Of a DNA stretch of 64,000 bases, positions 20,874 to 31,030 are shown piece by piece. Source of the stretch: Candidatus Heimdallarchaeota archaeon (GTDB lineage Archaea; Asgardarchaeota; Heimdallarchaeia; Hodarchaeales; Hodarchaeaceae). The translations under genes and the position numbers were made by a program. The stretch is from assembly GCA_011364965.1 (NCBI GenBank), contig RDOB01000004.1, positions 461,508 to 525,507 on the forward strand, written 5' to 3'. The notes under the pieces were generated by a model, which was not told the origin of the DNA, made no database searches, and saw only the letters and a program-made list of their open reading frames with translations. Every line of letters starts with the position of its first letter. Within the stretch, counting starts at the first letter, position 1.

Positions 20874-21042
20874 ACAGACTATGGTAAGAATGCGAATCAC
20901 GATAAATAAAACTTGCATTTCGGAAGCGAAGAATCAGGAGAGACAATCTGATCATTATTATCGTCTTCAATCCCCTGAAGTTTTCATTATTAGTATTCAG
21001 GATAAAAACTTACCAAACTTGTAAATGAATAATATAATTTGT

Positions 21043-21146
21043 CCAACGAAGATTACTGCTTCTATTGCTATCAGTCGAGGGAGTTTCTTCAAGAAATCAA
21101 TTTCCACCCTATTGTCCAATAGTAGCCCTCCTGCAGTTAGGAACAG
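21043..21146 (-). repeat. 23S-3'-end/trailer repeat copy (internal deletion)
   Basis: ccaacgaa..actgcttctattgctatc..gaggga..aatcaatttccac..agtagccctcctgcagttaggaacag. Confidence 0.88.
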
Positions 21147-21527
21147 GAATACCTAGAAGTACGAAAGGGGCGTTTTTAGGGGTTGAATTTTTCCCTCTAC
21201 CCTGTTAACACGTCTAGGAAGGTCCAACACGTCCAATGGAGAAAGTTTGATATATGATCAGTTAGAGATCCCGATCATTATTTAATTTATTCGCACCGAG
21301 AATACTATTTTATATTTTAGAAATTAAAAAGATCATAATTCAGAGATGTAAGTGAATAATTTGCATATTGTTAATGCAGATCTAATAGTTAACTTTGAAT
21401 CTTCCAAATACTCATTAAATTAATATTTAAGGTTCTTTTCCAAGAATTACACAGATAAAATATTTTATAAGAAATGAAATCCCATTAGACTTCTTGATTT
21501 TTTAGTAACGTTTTAGGTGGGATAGAT

Positions 21528-22196
21528 TTGCTGAAAAATGAAGAAGATAATCGCCAAGGTTTCTATTTAATTCAATTCAAGAAAGCACTGTATTGGATTG
21601 TAATTGTCTTAAGCGGGTATTTATTGTACTATCTCAGCTTGGGACTCTGGACAGTAATTCATTATATTGCTAATTCTGGATTTCAACTTGAGTCTATTAT
21701 TACAAGTCTAGTTTGGTTCCCTGCAGTAATCTTTGGGTGGGTAATGGTCTCAACTGTGATGGTATATTTCTCCCCTATTTACTTTCCAGTAATTCCGACC
21801 TTAGTATGGGAAGTAGGATGGCTAGGAGGTTTAGGGGCAATTTATTACAAAAAGAAAAACCCTCCTGATGCAAAATTGGCCGTTGGGACTCTTCTATTAT
21901 TCCTAAGCGCCATTTTTTTCCTGAACTTTGGGAAAGAGATCTTTAGTTTCTATACTTCATTCCTGATGACTTGGGACTTGGATCCGATTTTTTATCCTGC
22001 GATCTTCGATTATTTAGGGTACTACTGGCTTCTGCCTCTCTGGCTTCTGAGCTGGAGCTTTTTCTGGCTGAAAAAAATTACCCAATTTCGCTCAGAGGAT
22101 AAATCTCTCTTTCTTCTCTGGATTGCATGGCTTATTCTTCTTCAGTTCTTTCTGTGGATGTATACTATACCGTATTTAAACCCAAGTAGCTGGTAG
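21528..22196 (+). CDS. Membrane protein, 'MLKNEE' paralog family
   Basis: Paralog of 7155 and 54121, including a conserved ~300 bp upstream region. Confidence 0.8.
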   Translation: MLKNEEDNRQGFYLIQFKKALYWIVIVLSGYLLYYLSLGLWTVIHYIANSGFQLESIITSLVWFPAVIFGWVMVSTVMVYFSPIYFPVIPTLVWEVGWLGGLGAIYYKKKNPPDAKLAVGTLLLFLSAIFFLNFGKEIFSFYTSFLMTWDLDPIFYPAIFDYLGYYWLLPLWLLSWSFFWLKKITQFRSEDKSLFLLWIAWLILLQFFLWMYTIPYLNPSSW

Positions 22197-22277
22197 AGTT
22201 CAACCTCATACGATTATTGATGGTTTTGTGCCATAGCACACTTAAAGTATTTTTACATGAAAGAAAACCATAATATC

Positions 22278-22396
22278 CATCAGATCACGCGTTAATCTCT
22301 TTGAATATCTGTCCTTCTGCTTCTATCGTTATCTCCCAAGGGATTTTCTTCAAGAAATCAATTTCCACCCTCTTTGCTGAAGAGTAGCCCTCCTGC
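22278..22396 (-). repeat. 23S-3'-end/trailer repeat copy
   Basis: catcagatcacgcg...tgcttctatcg...agggattttcttcaagaaatcaatttccac...agtagccctcctgc. Confidence 0.88.
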
Positions 22397-22630
22397 TATT
22401 TAAAAAATTTAGGGAGTTTTACTTTAATTTGAATATTAATAATCAAAAAGATTAAGAATTCAGCTAAAAAAAAATACCAGCGTTCTATTCTGGTTAGCAA
22501 TAGACTCCTTTCTTCTACCATTTCGGTTAATTGGCTGGAATGAACTACTATCATCAAGAAAATAAAGTCGACCTAGCTAAAGAAGAGATTTAGGAAATCG
22601 TGAGATCAAGCATTATACGAGGATCAATAA

Positions 22631-22966
22631 ATGAAGGAAAAAAGTGATTTACAACTCATTTTTGATTACCAACAAAAATTTGACAGAAAACTTGGCTGGA
22701 ACACCTATGAAAACCTCACTAATGAACAAGAAATAATCAATTATTTACAGCTCACTGTCTTAAAATTTACGGAAGAAGTCGGAGAAATTGCCCAAGAAGT
22801 AAGAAAAATATTGAGGGACAAGAAATCATTTGATCCTGAAGCCTTTAAACACGAATTAATAGATATATTCGTTTACTTAATTCAAGCATCAATAGCACTG
22901 AAAATGGATCTGGCAGAGGAATACTACAAAAAAATGGAAATAAATAAACAAAGATTTCTAAGGTGA
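22631..22966 (+). CDS. MazG-like nucleotide pyrophosphohydrolase
   Basis: EEVGEIAQ...ELIDIFVY...KMEINKQRF. Confidence 0.85.
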   Translation: MKEKSDLQLIFDYQQKFDRKLGWNTYENLTNEQEIINYLQLTVLKFTEEVGEIAQEVRKILRDKKSFDPEAFKHELIDIFVYLIQASIALKMDLAEEYYKKMEINKQRFLR

Positions 22967-23224
22967 TTACAGTTGAGTATGGCAATTTTTCCTTATTAAG
23001 CTTACTAAGCTTAGATTCTACTTCATATAAGTGTATCCCTTTTACAAGGAACCATAGTTTTTTTCGAGAATTTATCTGTCGTTAAAAAATGATTAGAGTG
23101 AAAGAATTGAGTTTTTTTAAATTTAAGGAATGACCATCGCTATCGAATTCAAAGCTAAAGTCTATACCACGATTTTTCTCCAGTATCAAGATATTTTGTT
23201 AAAAAATCAAAGCTTAGTTGGTTT

Positions 23225-23386
23225 GGTATTGGTGAGTTATTTGCTCCCGATCTTTCCACTTCCTCCCCCCTAACAAAATATGCTGGAGAGATTAAAGAAC
23301 CACAATAAGAGATGGTTTATGTGAAACTGAGCAAAATGATTTTACTTTTACTTTTTTTAACTTTCTATCTAGTTATTTCAACAAAC
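23225..23386 (+). pseudogene. Remnant of the 37301/37971 gene junction
   Basis: ggtgagttatttgctccc...taa...atggtttatgtgaaactgagcaa matches ~37909-38040. Confidence 0.65.
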
Positions 23387-23410
23387 TTGTAAAATACCAT
23401 AAATACTTCC

Positions 23411-23470
23411 CAACGAATGTACAGACCTCAGATCAAGCGCCAATTCGCATGAACAGATCTCCTGCAGCTT
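23411..23470 (-). repeat. 23S-trailer repeat copy (partial)
   Basis: caacgaatgtacagacctcagatcaagcgccaattcgcatgaaca. Confidence 0.85.
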
Positions 23471-23502
23471 TTAAAAGAAAAACTTTAGCATTGAGAAAAT
23501 AC

Positions 23503-24264
23503 TTAGGAATCAGAGAAACCAAGGGGATGAGCCTCGCAATAATGGATTAACTTCCCTGTACGCCTTGTAACATAAGATTGGATTGATACTTCTCCGTCCT
23601 CTACCCAAGTCGGGGATAAATCCCATATCCAGTGGGACTGATTCATACAACTACGAGACGCCAGGTGAGCAAGCTCAGCGAGACCCAGCTGAAGTAAAAA
23701 AGTTTTGAGCTGGAGAACCTCTTTATAACGAAGATTCACTTGTAGATGTTTCGTCTCAGACTCAATGGTCAGGGGCAACAGGAAAGAAGAAGAGGACGTA
23801 CGAACCTTTTCTAGGAATTTAGCGTCCACAAAAAAGCCAGTGGCAGAATATAAGGGGAAGAGGATTTCCAACCCATCTTTTCGGTGGATCATCCACTTCT
23901 TAGTGAGAAGAAGTTGGTTTCTGTGTTTAGGAAAAAAAAAGCGCCGTATGAAAAAGCCAACCACAAGCTCAGAAAACAAGAACGCAATAAGTAAGGAAGT
24001 GGTGAACTCAGCAATGAGCTCCAGAATAAAGTAGCAGCTCATCAAGGCAACAGATAGCAGTATTATTTCGGACACAAAATAGGATTTCACCCAGGTAGGA
24101 AATTCAACTTGAGACACAAATTCCCCGTGGGTGAATTTAGAATTTAATTTGGCAGAGGAAACGAAATAGGTTCGGTAAAGAGCACTAAGAGATTCTCCAC
24201 GAAAAAGGAAGAAATACCAGATAATGAAAAAGATAATGGGAAATATAATAACTTCAGAAACCAC
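23503..24264 (-). CDS. Hypothetical membrane protein
   Basis: 253 aa with about 3 TM segments. Confidence 0.6.
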   Translation of the reverse strand: MVSEVIIFPIIFFIIWYFFLFRGESLSALYRTYFVSSAKLNSKFTHGEFVSQVEFPTWVKSYFVSEIILLSVALMSCYFILELIAEFTTSLLIAFLFSELVVGFFIRRFFFPKHRNQLLLTKKWMIHRKDGLEILFPLYSATGFFVDAKFLEKVRTSSSSFLLPLTIESETKHLQVNLRYKEVLQLKTFLLQLGLAELAHLASRSCMNQSHWIWDLSPTWVEDGEVSIQSYVTRRTGKLIHYCEAHPLGFSDS

Positions 24265-24410
24265 TCAAATCCACCGACTCGGAAACTAGACAGCAAGTTG
24301 AATTAATAATATTCCTGTAGCAGTTAGTATTAAATGTTTACACCCCAAGCCCAAACCACGATTGCTAGCTTACGAAAAAGAAATGATAGAAATCAAACAA
24401 AAATTAGCCT

Positions 24411-24563
24411 CAACCACCGTACAGGCATCAGACAAAGAGCCCACTCAACTAAATTACTACCTCTCTGAAACACTGCTTCTATAACTACCTGACGAAAGAT
24501 ATTTTTCAAAAACTCAATTTCCACATTTTTTTCAAAGAGTAGCCCTCCTGCAGTGAGGGACAG
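24411..24563 (-). repeat. 23S-3'-end/trailer repeat copy
   Basis: caaccaccgtacaggcatcagac...cactgcttctataactacctgacga...ctcaatttccac...agtagccctcctgcagtgagggacag. Confidence 0.88.
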
Positions 24564-24638
24564 AAAGCGAATAAGAAAACTAGAACGAAAGTTATCACAT
24601 TTTCAAGTTAATTCTTAAATCTCCTTCCCCAATGCTCT

Positions 24639-24693
24639 CAACTAACGAATTGAGATTAGATCCAGCGTCAACTTAACTAAATATCTATCCTGA
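24639..24693 (-). repeat. Highly degenerate partial repeat copy
   Basis: caactaacgaattgagattagatccagcgtcaa...aatatctatcctg. Confidence 0.5.
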
Positions 24694-24789
24694 ACACCTT
24701 GGCATCCTCTGTTATCATCGAAAATATGATAAATTAAATCATACTTTTAAACCACCATCCCTAGAATATATCACTGAGGGTGAAATCTG

Positions 24790-25467
24790 ATGGATATGAA
24801 GCACAAGCTAGATATGATGAATTTATTTCTCCATGTAGCTCAAGTGGTGAACACGGAGTATAATCAAGAAAAGATCCTGCATATCATCCCTCAATTAGAA
24901 TCCAGTGAAACACATGGAATTTTCTCCGAAGGTTGGGAGGTATCATTCCAAAAAACCACTGAAGAAGTGACTAAAGCACTCATACTTAGGTCTCTACACA
25001 AAAAAAGAGTATTTATTTTCCCTGTTAAAAATAAAATCTTAAACATAACCGTTGTTGGGGAAGGAGGATTCAAAAAAGGAAAGGATAAAGGTTACCAAAT
25101 ATTAAAAAATAAAATCCAGGAATTCTGTGAAAAAGAGAACATCCGATTTGTTTATTCCAGTGATTACGGAGGATTCTTAGGTGCTGAATATAGTATAGGG
25201 GAAATCTACCTAGATATTCCTCCTAAAGGTTCTAAGGGTAAAACGCTCAAAAAAAAACTAAATACACCAATTAAGGGGGTGAGAGGGATAATTTTAAGGG
25301 ACGTTCCCATAGTTAAATATTCAACGAAGCCTCAACTGGAGAATAAAAGATTTTCTCCGAAAACTACTCCTCAGAGGCCTTATGGAAAGAAAGTTTGTCC
25401 CAAATGTGGGATTGTATATGAACCTAGTGCAACCTTTTGTCCAGATTGCCTCATAAAATTAGACTAG
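24790..25467 (+). CDS. Hypothetical protein with C-terminal double Zn ribbon
   Basis: CPKCG...FCPDC. Confidence 0.65.
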   Translation: MDMKHKLDMMNLFLHVAQVVNTEYNQEKILHIIPQLESSETHGIFSEGWEVSFQKTTEEVTKALILRSLHKKRVFIFPVKNKILNITVVGEGGFKKGKDKGYQILKNKIQEFCEKENIRFVYSSDYGGFLGAEYSIGEIYLDIPPKGSKGKTLKKKLNTPIKGVRGIILRDVPIVKYSTKPQLENKRFSPKTTPQRPYGKKVCPKCGIVYEPSATFCPDCLIKLD

Positions 25468-25524
25468 CACATCCGAGGGGATGTACCTTATGCAAATCCC
25501 CTCCTAACCTCATATGAGAATATT

Positions 25525-28227
25525 TTACGATTTAAACTGAATCAACCCCAGTACTAGGCCTTTCACATGATTTGGAAAAAGCTTATTCATCTTAGCAATA
25601 GTTTCCAAGGCGGATTTTTTATCGAGCATAATTTCACTTAATACTTTGATCAGATAATCCTCATATGCGGGGGGATAATCTGGATCGGATAAAGCCTCAT
25701 TCATGGCTTTTAATGCCTCCTCATACTTATGAAGCATAGTAAAAAGAGTATTAGCTTGGTTTAAATTGTCAATAGTGCGACCCTGAAACCTATACTCTTT
25801 TCCAGCAACATTGGTGATGCCAAATTTAGGGATAGGGGGAGCGTTCGGCTTTGTGTAGTAGTTAATCATATACTCTTTTCCACGCTTGGCAATATGCTCT
25901 GGAATTAATTGAACGATCATAAAATTACGACTCTTAAAGAAAAAGTTCACTGCCCCCATAAATTCAACGTGAGGATCAGGAGGTTTATCCGAAGGCCAGA
26001 AATCCTTAATGAGGCTTTCATATCTCATTTTTACCTCCTTGAGGAAATTTTTCTGCGAAATGGGCTTACTCATCAATCGCTTCCACTTCTGAGAAGTTAG
26101 GGTAAGAAAGACACGAGCTTCTCCACGGAGCGGATTTGCTTTCTTAGGATCAATTTGAGAAGCCTGTCTTAACGCGTTGAGAGCTTTATCATGTTCTTGC
26201 TTCTTTCCATAAGCATAACTGAGCCCTATATACGCGTCAACAGAATTCGAGTGATTTTGGATAACAGAATCAAAACACAGGATGGCTGAATCAATAAGCA
26301 TAGAATTTAAGAATTTTGAACCCAGGTCATTCAGTGTCTCGGGATCATTTGTGTGTTTTTGGATTAAAACATGAACATGCTTTTCCACTTCCTCTTCCCG
26401 ACCTAATTTTTTCAAAAGAGCAAGCAAATTTGCCCAAGCTAAAAAATAATTAGCTTGTAAATCTATAGATCTCTTCAGTGTACTTTCTGCCTCACGAAAA
26501 CGCCCCATCTGGATTAAACAATCCCCTAGATTCATCCAACCCTGAGCAGAGGTCTCATCTATCTCCAGAACTTTGCGATAGCTCTTTTCTGCTTCTTCAA
26601 ACCTCTCAGTGAATCGATAGATTAACCCAAAATTCATCCAGGTTTGCAAATCACCCGGATTAAGGTCGAGTGCTTTTTGCGCGTAAGTTTCTGCGTCAGT
26701 GAATCTGGCCATTTGGATGTACAAATTACTTAAGGAAACCAACGGGGAGAATAAGGTTGGATCTAATTTATGGGCTTGCTTATATCCGTTTTCCGCTCCA
26801 AGGAAGTTTTGGGTCTGAAAATAAACCTCACCTAACCGAAGCCACGCTTTCGCTTCAATCGAAGGTTGGGGGATTTCCAAACGTTGAAGCTTGTCTATAC
26901 TCGCTTTTGTTAACACCTCCGCCTCGGAATATTGCTTTAAAGAAATCTGTATATTTACAAGGTTTCCAATAGCGTCAAAATCGTTTGGATCGCGTTTTAA
27001 TACCTCTTCAAAAGCCTTTCTCGCCTCTTCAAATTGCTGAGCATAAAGTAATGCAATTCCGAGTTGATTCCAAGCAATAATCGATTCAGTATCTGTAGCT
27101 AAAATTTGCCGATAAATCTTGATAGCAGGGAGAAAATTACCCCGCAAGACATAAAACTCGCCAAGCAGGAACCAAAACGAAGAACTATCAGAATCTCCCG
27201 ATAGTATACGCTTTAGAAGGTCATCAATCTGAGACAATTGATTTTGCTCAAAATAAATCGCACTTAATGCAACAATGTTTTCCATACTTGGAGCTAACTT
27301 GACTGCTTCGGTTAAAGCGAGTCTTGCATTCTCAAATAAACTTAATTCATATAAAAGAACCCCATAGTGATACCAAACCTGTGGGTTCGCCGGATCAGAG
27401 CGACTAAGGTCGTAGAACACTTTCTTAGCTTTATCGAAAAGACCTAGTCTCCGATAAGCAGTAGCAAGTAAGAAATGAGTGGGTAAAAAGGAAGGATGTA
27501 AGGAGAGTGCCTTTTCTAACGTCTTACGAGCAGCTGGTAATCGATTCCTAGCAAGAAGGAATTTACCATAATTAAAGAAGGTAGTGGCATTATTATCTTC
27601 TAGTGAAATAGCACGGTGGTACGCAGTCTCAGCTTCTTCAAAACGCTTCCGTTCAAAATAAAAATTCGCTAGGTTCATCCAACATCCAGAATCGTCTTCC
27701 TGTAAGGAGAGGGCTTTATTAAAAGCGGATTCGGCTTTATCATATGATTGAACTCGTTTATAGACTATCCCTAAATTATTCCAAAGGTTAAATTCATTCG
27801 CTTTACTTGCTGATAAGAGTGCAGTCTCAAACGCTTGCAATGCTCTGTCAAATTGCTGGTTATTGTAATACAATTGCCCAAGAAATCCCCAAATCTCGTC
27901 CGTTTTTTCAGGTTTAATCTTCAAGGCCTGCTTGATACATTCTTCCGCCTCATTTAATAATGAGGATTCGACCAGTACCGTGCAAAAAGAAAGCCAGCTT
28001 TGATATTGCTCTGCAGAAAGGTTAAGAAGAAGTGAATTTTGAAGTGAATACTCTTTCATGGCAGTTTCAATCGATAATTGCGAAGGAAACTTCTCAAGAA
28101 CTTTTAACCACTCTTTTCGCATCTTCTTAGTCAATTTAATCGGAGTATGAATACTTTTTAAAAGAGGAGATTGGAACTCTGTCGCCTCTAAATCCCCTCG
28201 AGAATTTTTGTGAGTTTCCTGGTTCAT
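25525..28227 (-). CDS. Tetratricopeptide repeat protein
   Basis: Many W.NLG..Y......A..A...AL...P repeats over ~700 aa. Confidence 0.92.
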   Translation of the reverse strand: MNQETHKNSRGDLEATEFQSPLLKSIHTPIKLTKKMRKEWLKVLEKFPSQLSIETAMKEYSLQNSLLLNLSAEQYQSWLSFCTVLVESSLLNEAEECIKQALKIKPEKTDEIWGFLGQLYYNNQQFDRALQAFETALLSASKANEFNLWNNLGIVYKRVQSYDKAESAFNKALSLQEDDSGCWMNLANFYFERKRFEEAETAYHRAISLEDNNATTFFNYGKFLLARNRLPAARKTLEKALSLHPSFLPTHFLLATAYRRLGLFDKAKKVFYDLSRSDPANPQVWYHYGVLLYELSLFENARLALTEAVKLAPSMENIVALSAIYFEQNQLSQIDDLLKRILSGDSDSSSFWFLLGEFYVLRGNFLPAIKIYRQILATDTESIIAWNQLGIALLYAQQFEEARKAFEEVLKRDPNDFDAIGNLVNIQISLKQYSEAEVLTKASIDKLQRLEIPQPSIEAKAWLRLGEVYFQTQNFLGAENGYKQAHKLDPTLFSPLVSLSNLYIQMARFTDAETYAQKALDLNPGDLQTWMNFGLIYRFTERFEEAEKSYRKVLEIDETSAQGWMNLGDCLIQMGRFREAESTLKRSIDLQANYFLAWANLLALLKKLGREEEVEKHVHVLIQKHTNDPETLNDLGSKFLNSMLIDSAILCFDSVIQNHSNSVDAYIGLSYAYGKKQEHDKALNALRQASQIDPKKANPLRGEARVFLTLTSQKWKRLMSKPISQKNFLKEVKMRYESLIKDFWPSDKPPDPHVEFMGAVNFFFKSRNFMIVQLIPEHIAKRGKEYMINYYTKPNAPPIPKFGITNVAGKEYRFQGRTIDNLNQANTLFTMLHKYEEALKAMNEALSDPDYPPAYEDYLIKVLSEIMLDKKSALETIAKMNKLFPNHVKGLVLGLIQFKS

Positions 28228-28410
28228 TACAACGACTCCTTAAATATTAGAGAACCGTAAATCTGTTAGGAATGAACTTTATCTAAAAATTTCTTTGACT
28301 TTGTTGGGAACATTAATACTGAAGTTCGTTGAAAAGATTTTTGCCTTCGCAAACTTGATAGCTGAAGAATTTTGTTATCTCTCTAGACTCTAATAGGGGA
28401 AAAATGTAAG

Positions 28411-28567
28411 CATGAATTGTCATTCCTCTGAGTAAGAGCTCGAAACAAATTCCATTTGGAAGTAGCCTAATGACAGTTGAAAGTGCTAACCATTTACCAT
28501 GAAGAAGAATGCGAGAAACAACCCAATAGAAATCAATAAAACACAAAAAACAAGTGTATTTTTCGTC
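28411..28567 (-). repeat. Second conserved non-coding element (extension of the trailer)
   Basis: tgacagttgaaagtgctaaccatttaccat; related to 38296, 45165 and 47595. Confidence 0.7.
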
Positions 28568-28706
28568 CAACAAACGTGCAGACATCAGATCAGGCGCCAA
28601 ATTGTATGAACATCTATCCTGCAACTTCTGTAACTATCTACAAGGGAATTTTTTCAAAAAATTCAATTTCCACACTCTTCTCAAAGAGTAGCCCTCCTGC
28701 TGTAAG
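28568..28706 (-). repeat. 23S-3'-end/trailer repeat copy
   Basis: caacaaacgtgcagacatcagatcaggcgccaaattgtatgaac...tcaatttccacac...agtagccctcctgc. Confidence 0.9.
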
Positions 28707-28775
28707 TAATTGATATGAAAAGTTTTTTCGTTGAGGAATGATATATATCTGTCAAAGCATGTTGAGAGAAAGTAG

Positions 28776-29903
28776 ATGGCGGAGAATGAGATTTCGTACA
28801 AAATTAACATTATAGGAACTCCCGTGAGACATATTACAGAATTAATAGCCCAGAGTACAATATTAACACCTTTAATAGATACAAATGCCCAACAGAAGTA
28901 TAATACGGTTATTCAAATAATAAAAGAGTGGACAACGGACATTAAAGTATATTATACATATTGGAAAACTCTCCAGACACAGCAAGAAGCCACTCCTCAA
29001 GATAAGCAGGAATTCTACCAGGATAGTGATGGGGTCATGCTGGTATATGATTATGGGGTCAGAAAATCATTCGAGGATATCCCAGATTGGATAGAGGAGC
29101 AAAAGAAATATACTCCATCTACTACTAGTGTAATATTACTTGGAATAAAAGCAGAGGCGGCTGAATTCTCAAACCAAATGGTAAGAGAGCAAATAGAAGA
29201 ACTAAAGCTAAAACAACCATATGAAACCTCCCTCTCCAATCCCGAAATACTTCTGAAGTTGGGAAAGATTTTCATTTCTGAAATGTTCAGGACATGGGCG
29301 TACTCGCTGCTGATCTGCATCATTGGCAAAAATACGGAGCACAATTGTACATTTGGCAGATTGACAGCAGATACGAAATTTGATGTGAGTTATCTCCCAT
29401 CACTAGGGGTGGATATTCCAACCAAGAGGATCGCGATTGGGAAGGCACCAATAAAATTGATTATAATGATTACTGCAGGCCAAGAATCCTTTGGAAAACT
29501 CAGGCCAAGCTATTATCGCGGAGCAAGTGCGTGCTTGATCACATTCGACTTTAATGATCGGAATACAGTCGATGCTGTTCCAACCTTGCTAGCAGAGTTT
29601 CGAAAGCATATTCCAGAGGCTACTATTCCGATTGCATTGGTAGGGATCAAAACCGAGGACTCGATCGAGGATCACATCACCCCCGAGGAAGGCCAACGAC
29701 TCGCTGAAAAATTGCAGCTCAGATATTATGAGACTCAGTTAACTGATAAACAGCAAGTCGAGTGGATCCTCAAAGATATTGCATCAGCTAGTGTAGCTGC
29801 GATTCCTATAATTCTCAATGTCTGTCCCCATTGCGGGGTACCTAATCCCCAATACAAACACTTCTGTCCGAAATGTGAGGCAAATTTACTCAAAAAAGGG
29901 TAG
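28776..29903 (+). CDS. Tandem Rab-like (pseudo)GTPase domains plus C-terminal Zn ribbon
   Basis: Two GTPase-fold units (FYQDSDGVMLVYD; SLGVD..TAGQESFGKLRPSYYRGA); CPHC..FCPKC; P-loops degenerate. Confidence 0.82.
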   Translation: MAENEISYKINIIGTPVRHITELIAQSTILTPLIDTNAQQKYNTVIQIIKEWTTDIKVYYTYWKTLQTQQEATPQDKQEFYQDSDGVMLVYDYGVRKSFEDIPDWIEEQKKYTPSTTSVILLGIKAEAAEFSNQMVREQIEELKLKQPYETSLSNPEILLKLGKIFISEMFRTWAYSLLICIIGKNTEHNCTFGRLTADTKFDVSYLPSLGVDIPTKRIAIGKAPIKLIIMITAGQESFGKLRPSYYRGASACLITFDFNDRNTVDAVPTLLAEFRKHIPEATIPIALVGIKTEDSIEDHITPEEGQRLAEKLQLRYYETQLTDKQQVEWILKDIASASVAAIPIILNVCPHCGVPNPQYKHFCPKCEANLLKKG

Positions 29904-30163
29904 AAAACCAATAAGAGTTACTTAAAAACAATTGAAATATAAAGAAGGTTGACATTTCAACATAGAGGGGAAATCAGTTAAATCCTCAATAACCCGCTTA
30001 TCACTCTTCACGAAGAAAGAAATGAACTCTTTCTTAAAAGTGGAAAAAACCCTATAAAAACCCCTTGGAACACGTCTGTCCACTGAACCAGTAATGATTT
30101 AGGTTTGTTTTTCTTGGTGAACCGATAAATTGTGACAGGAAAAATCTTAATTAATAATATAAG

Positions 30164-30766
30164 ATGATTCTACTGGAAATATATAGTATTAAATCATGGA
30201 CCGTGGGTGCGAAAATGACAGAAGAATATCCATTACCGAAACGGGAATTTGTGAATTGCTTTGCCTGTTCCCCAGTAAACGAAAAAGGACTAAAACTAGA
30301 GTTTTGGTATACAACCGAGAGCTGTATTAGCTATTATACGATTCCGCCTGAATATTGTGGATTTGAAGGGCTGGCTCATGGAGGGGTTATTGCCACCATA
30401 CTAGATGAAGTAGCCGCGTGGACAGTGATTACACAGCTATCAAAGATAGGAGTGACAACCCAAGCGACCATCCGCTACTTAAAACCCATTCCCACGGGAA
30501 ATGAAATCAAAATAGTGGGAAGAATTAGAGAGAAGACAGAACATAAGGCAAAAGTCTTCACAAAGATCACAGAAAAAAGTGAAGAGATCTTGGCTGAATC
30601 CGAAAGTACTTGGTTCCTCCCGGATCTGCCTACGCTAGAAAAAATTACGGGAGTGAACGCGACAGCGATTAAAACAATGGTGGCCAGAACTCTGGAGCCA
30701 ATCAACGCGCTTAAACGAATTTTAGACAAGATCGGTCAGTGGGTGCCCCCAACTCAGGAGGGATGA
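30164..30766 (+). CDS. PaaI-family thioesterase
   Basis: CFAC..N..GL, AHGGVIATILDE, IRYLKPIP. Confidence 0.88.
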   Translation: MILLEIYSIKSWTVGAKMTEEYPLPKREFVNCFACSPVNEKGLKLEFWYTTESCISYYTIPPEYCGFEGLAHGGVIATILDEVAAWTVITQLSKIGVTTQATIRYLKPIPTGNEIKIVGRIREKTEHKAKVFTKITEKSEEILAESESTWFLPDLPTLEKITGVNATAIKTMVARTLEPINALKRILDKIGQWVPPTQEG

Positions 30767-31030
30767 AAGGACATGACTGAAAGATACCACCTAGGTCACC
30801 CCATTGTTTTATCTAACTAAAACGAGAGAAAGAGAATATTTTATATAAGGAAAGAAAGAGTCTAACCTAGGTAAGTTCCTAATCTGGCCTTCACAAAACG
30901 AAAAATAGCATTCGATATATTACCTGCCTAACTTGTATACTATTAAGCATAGTGATATTAATAAATTACTTGGGATTTCATTTTATGATAGCTCATTAGT
31001 AACAGGAGATGGAATCTCAGGTCGGAGTTA

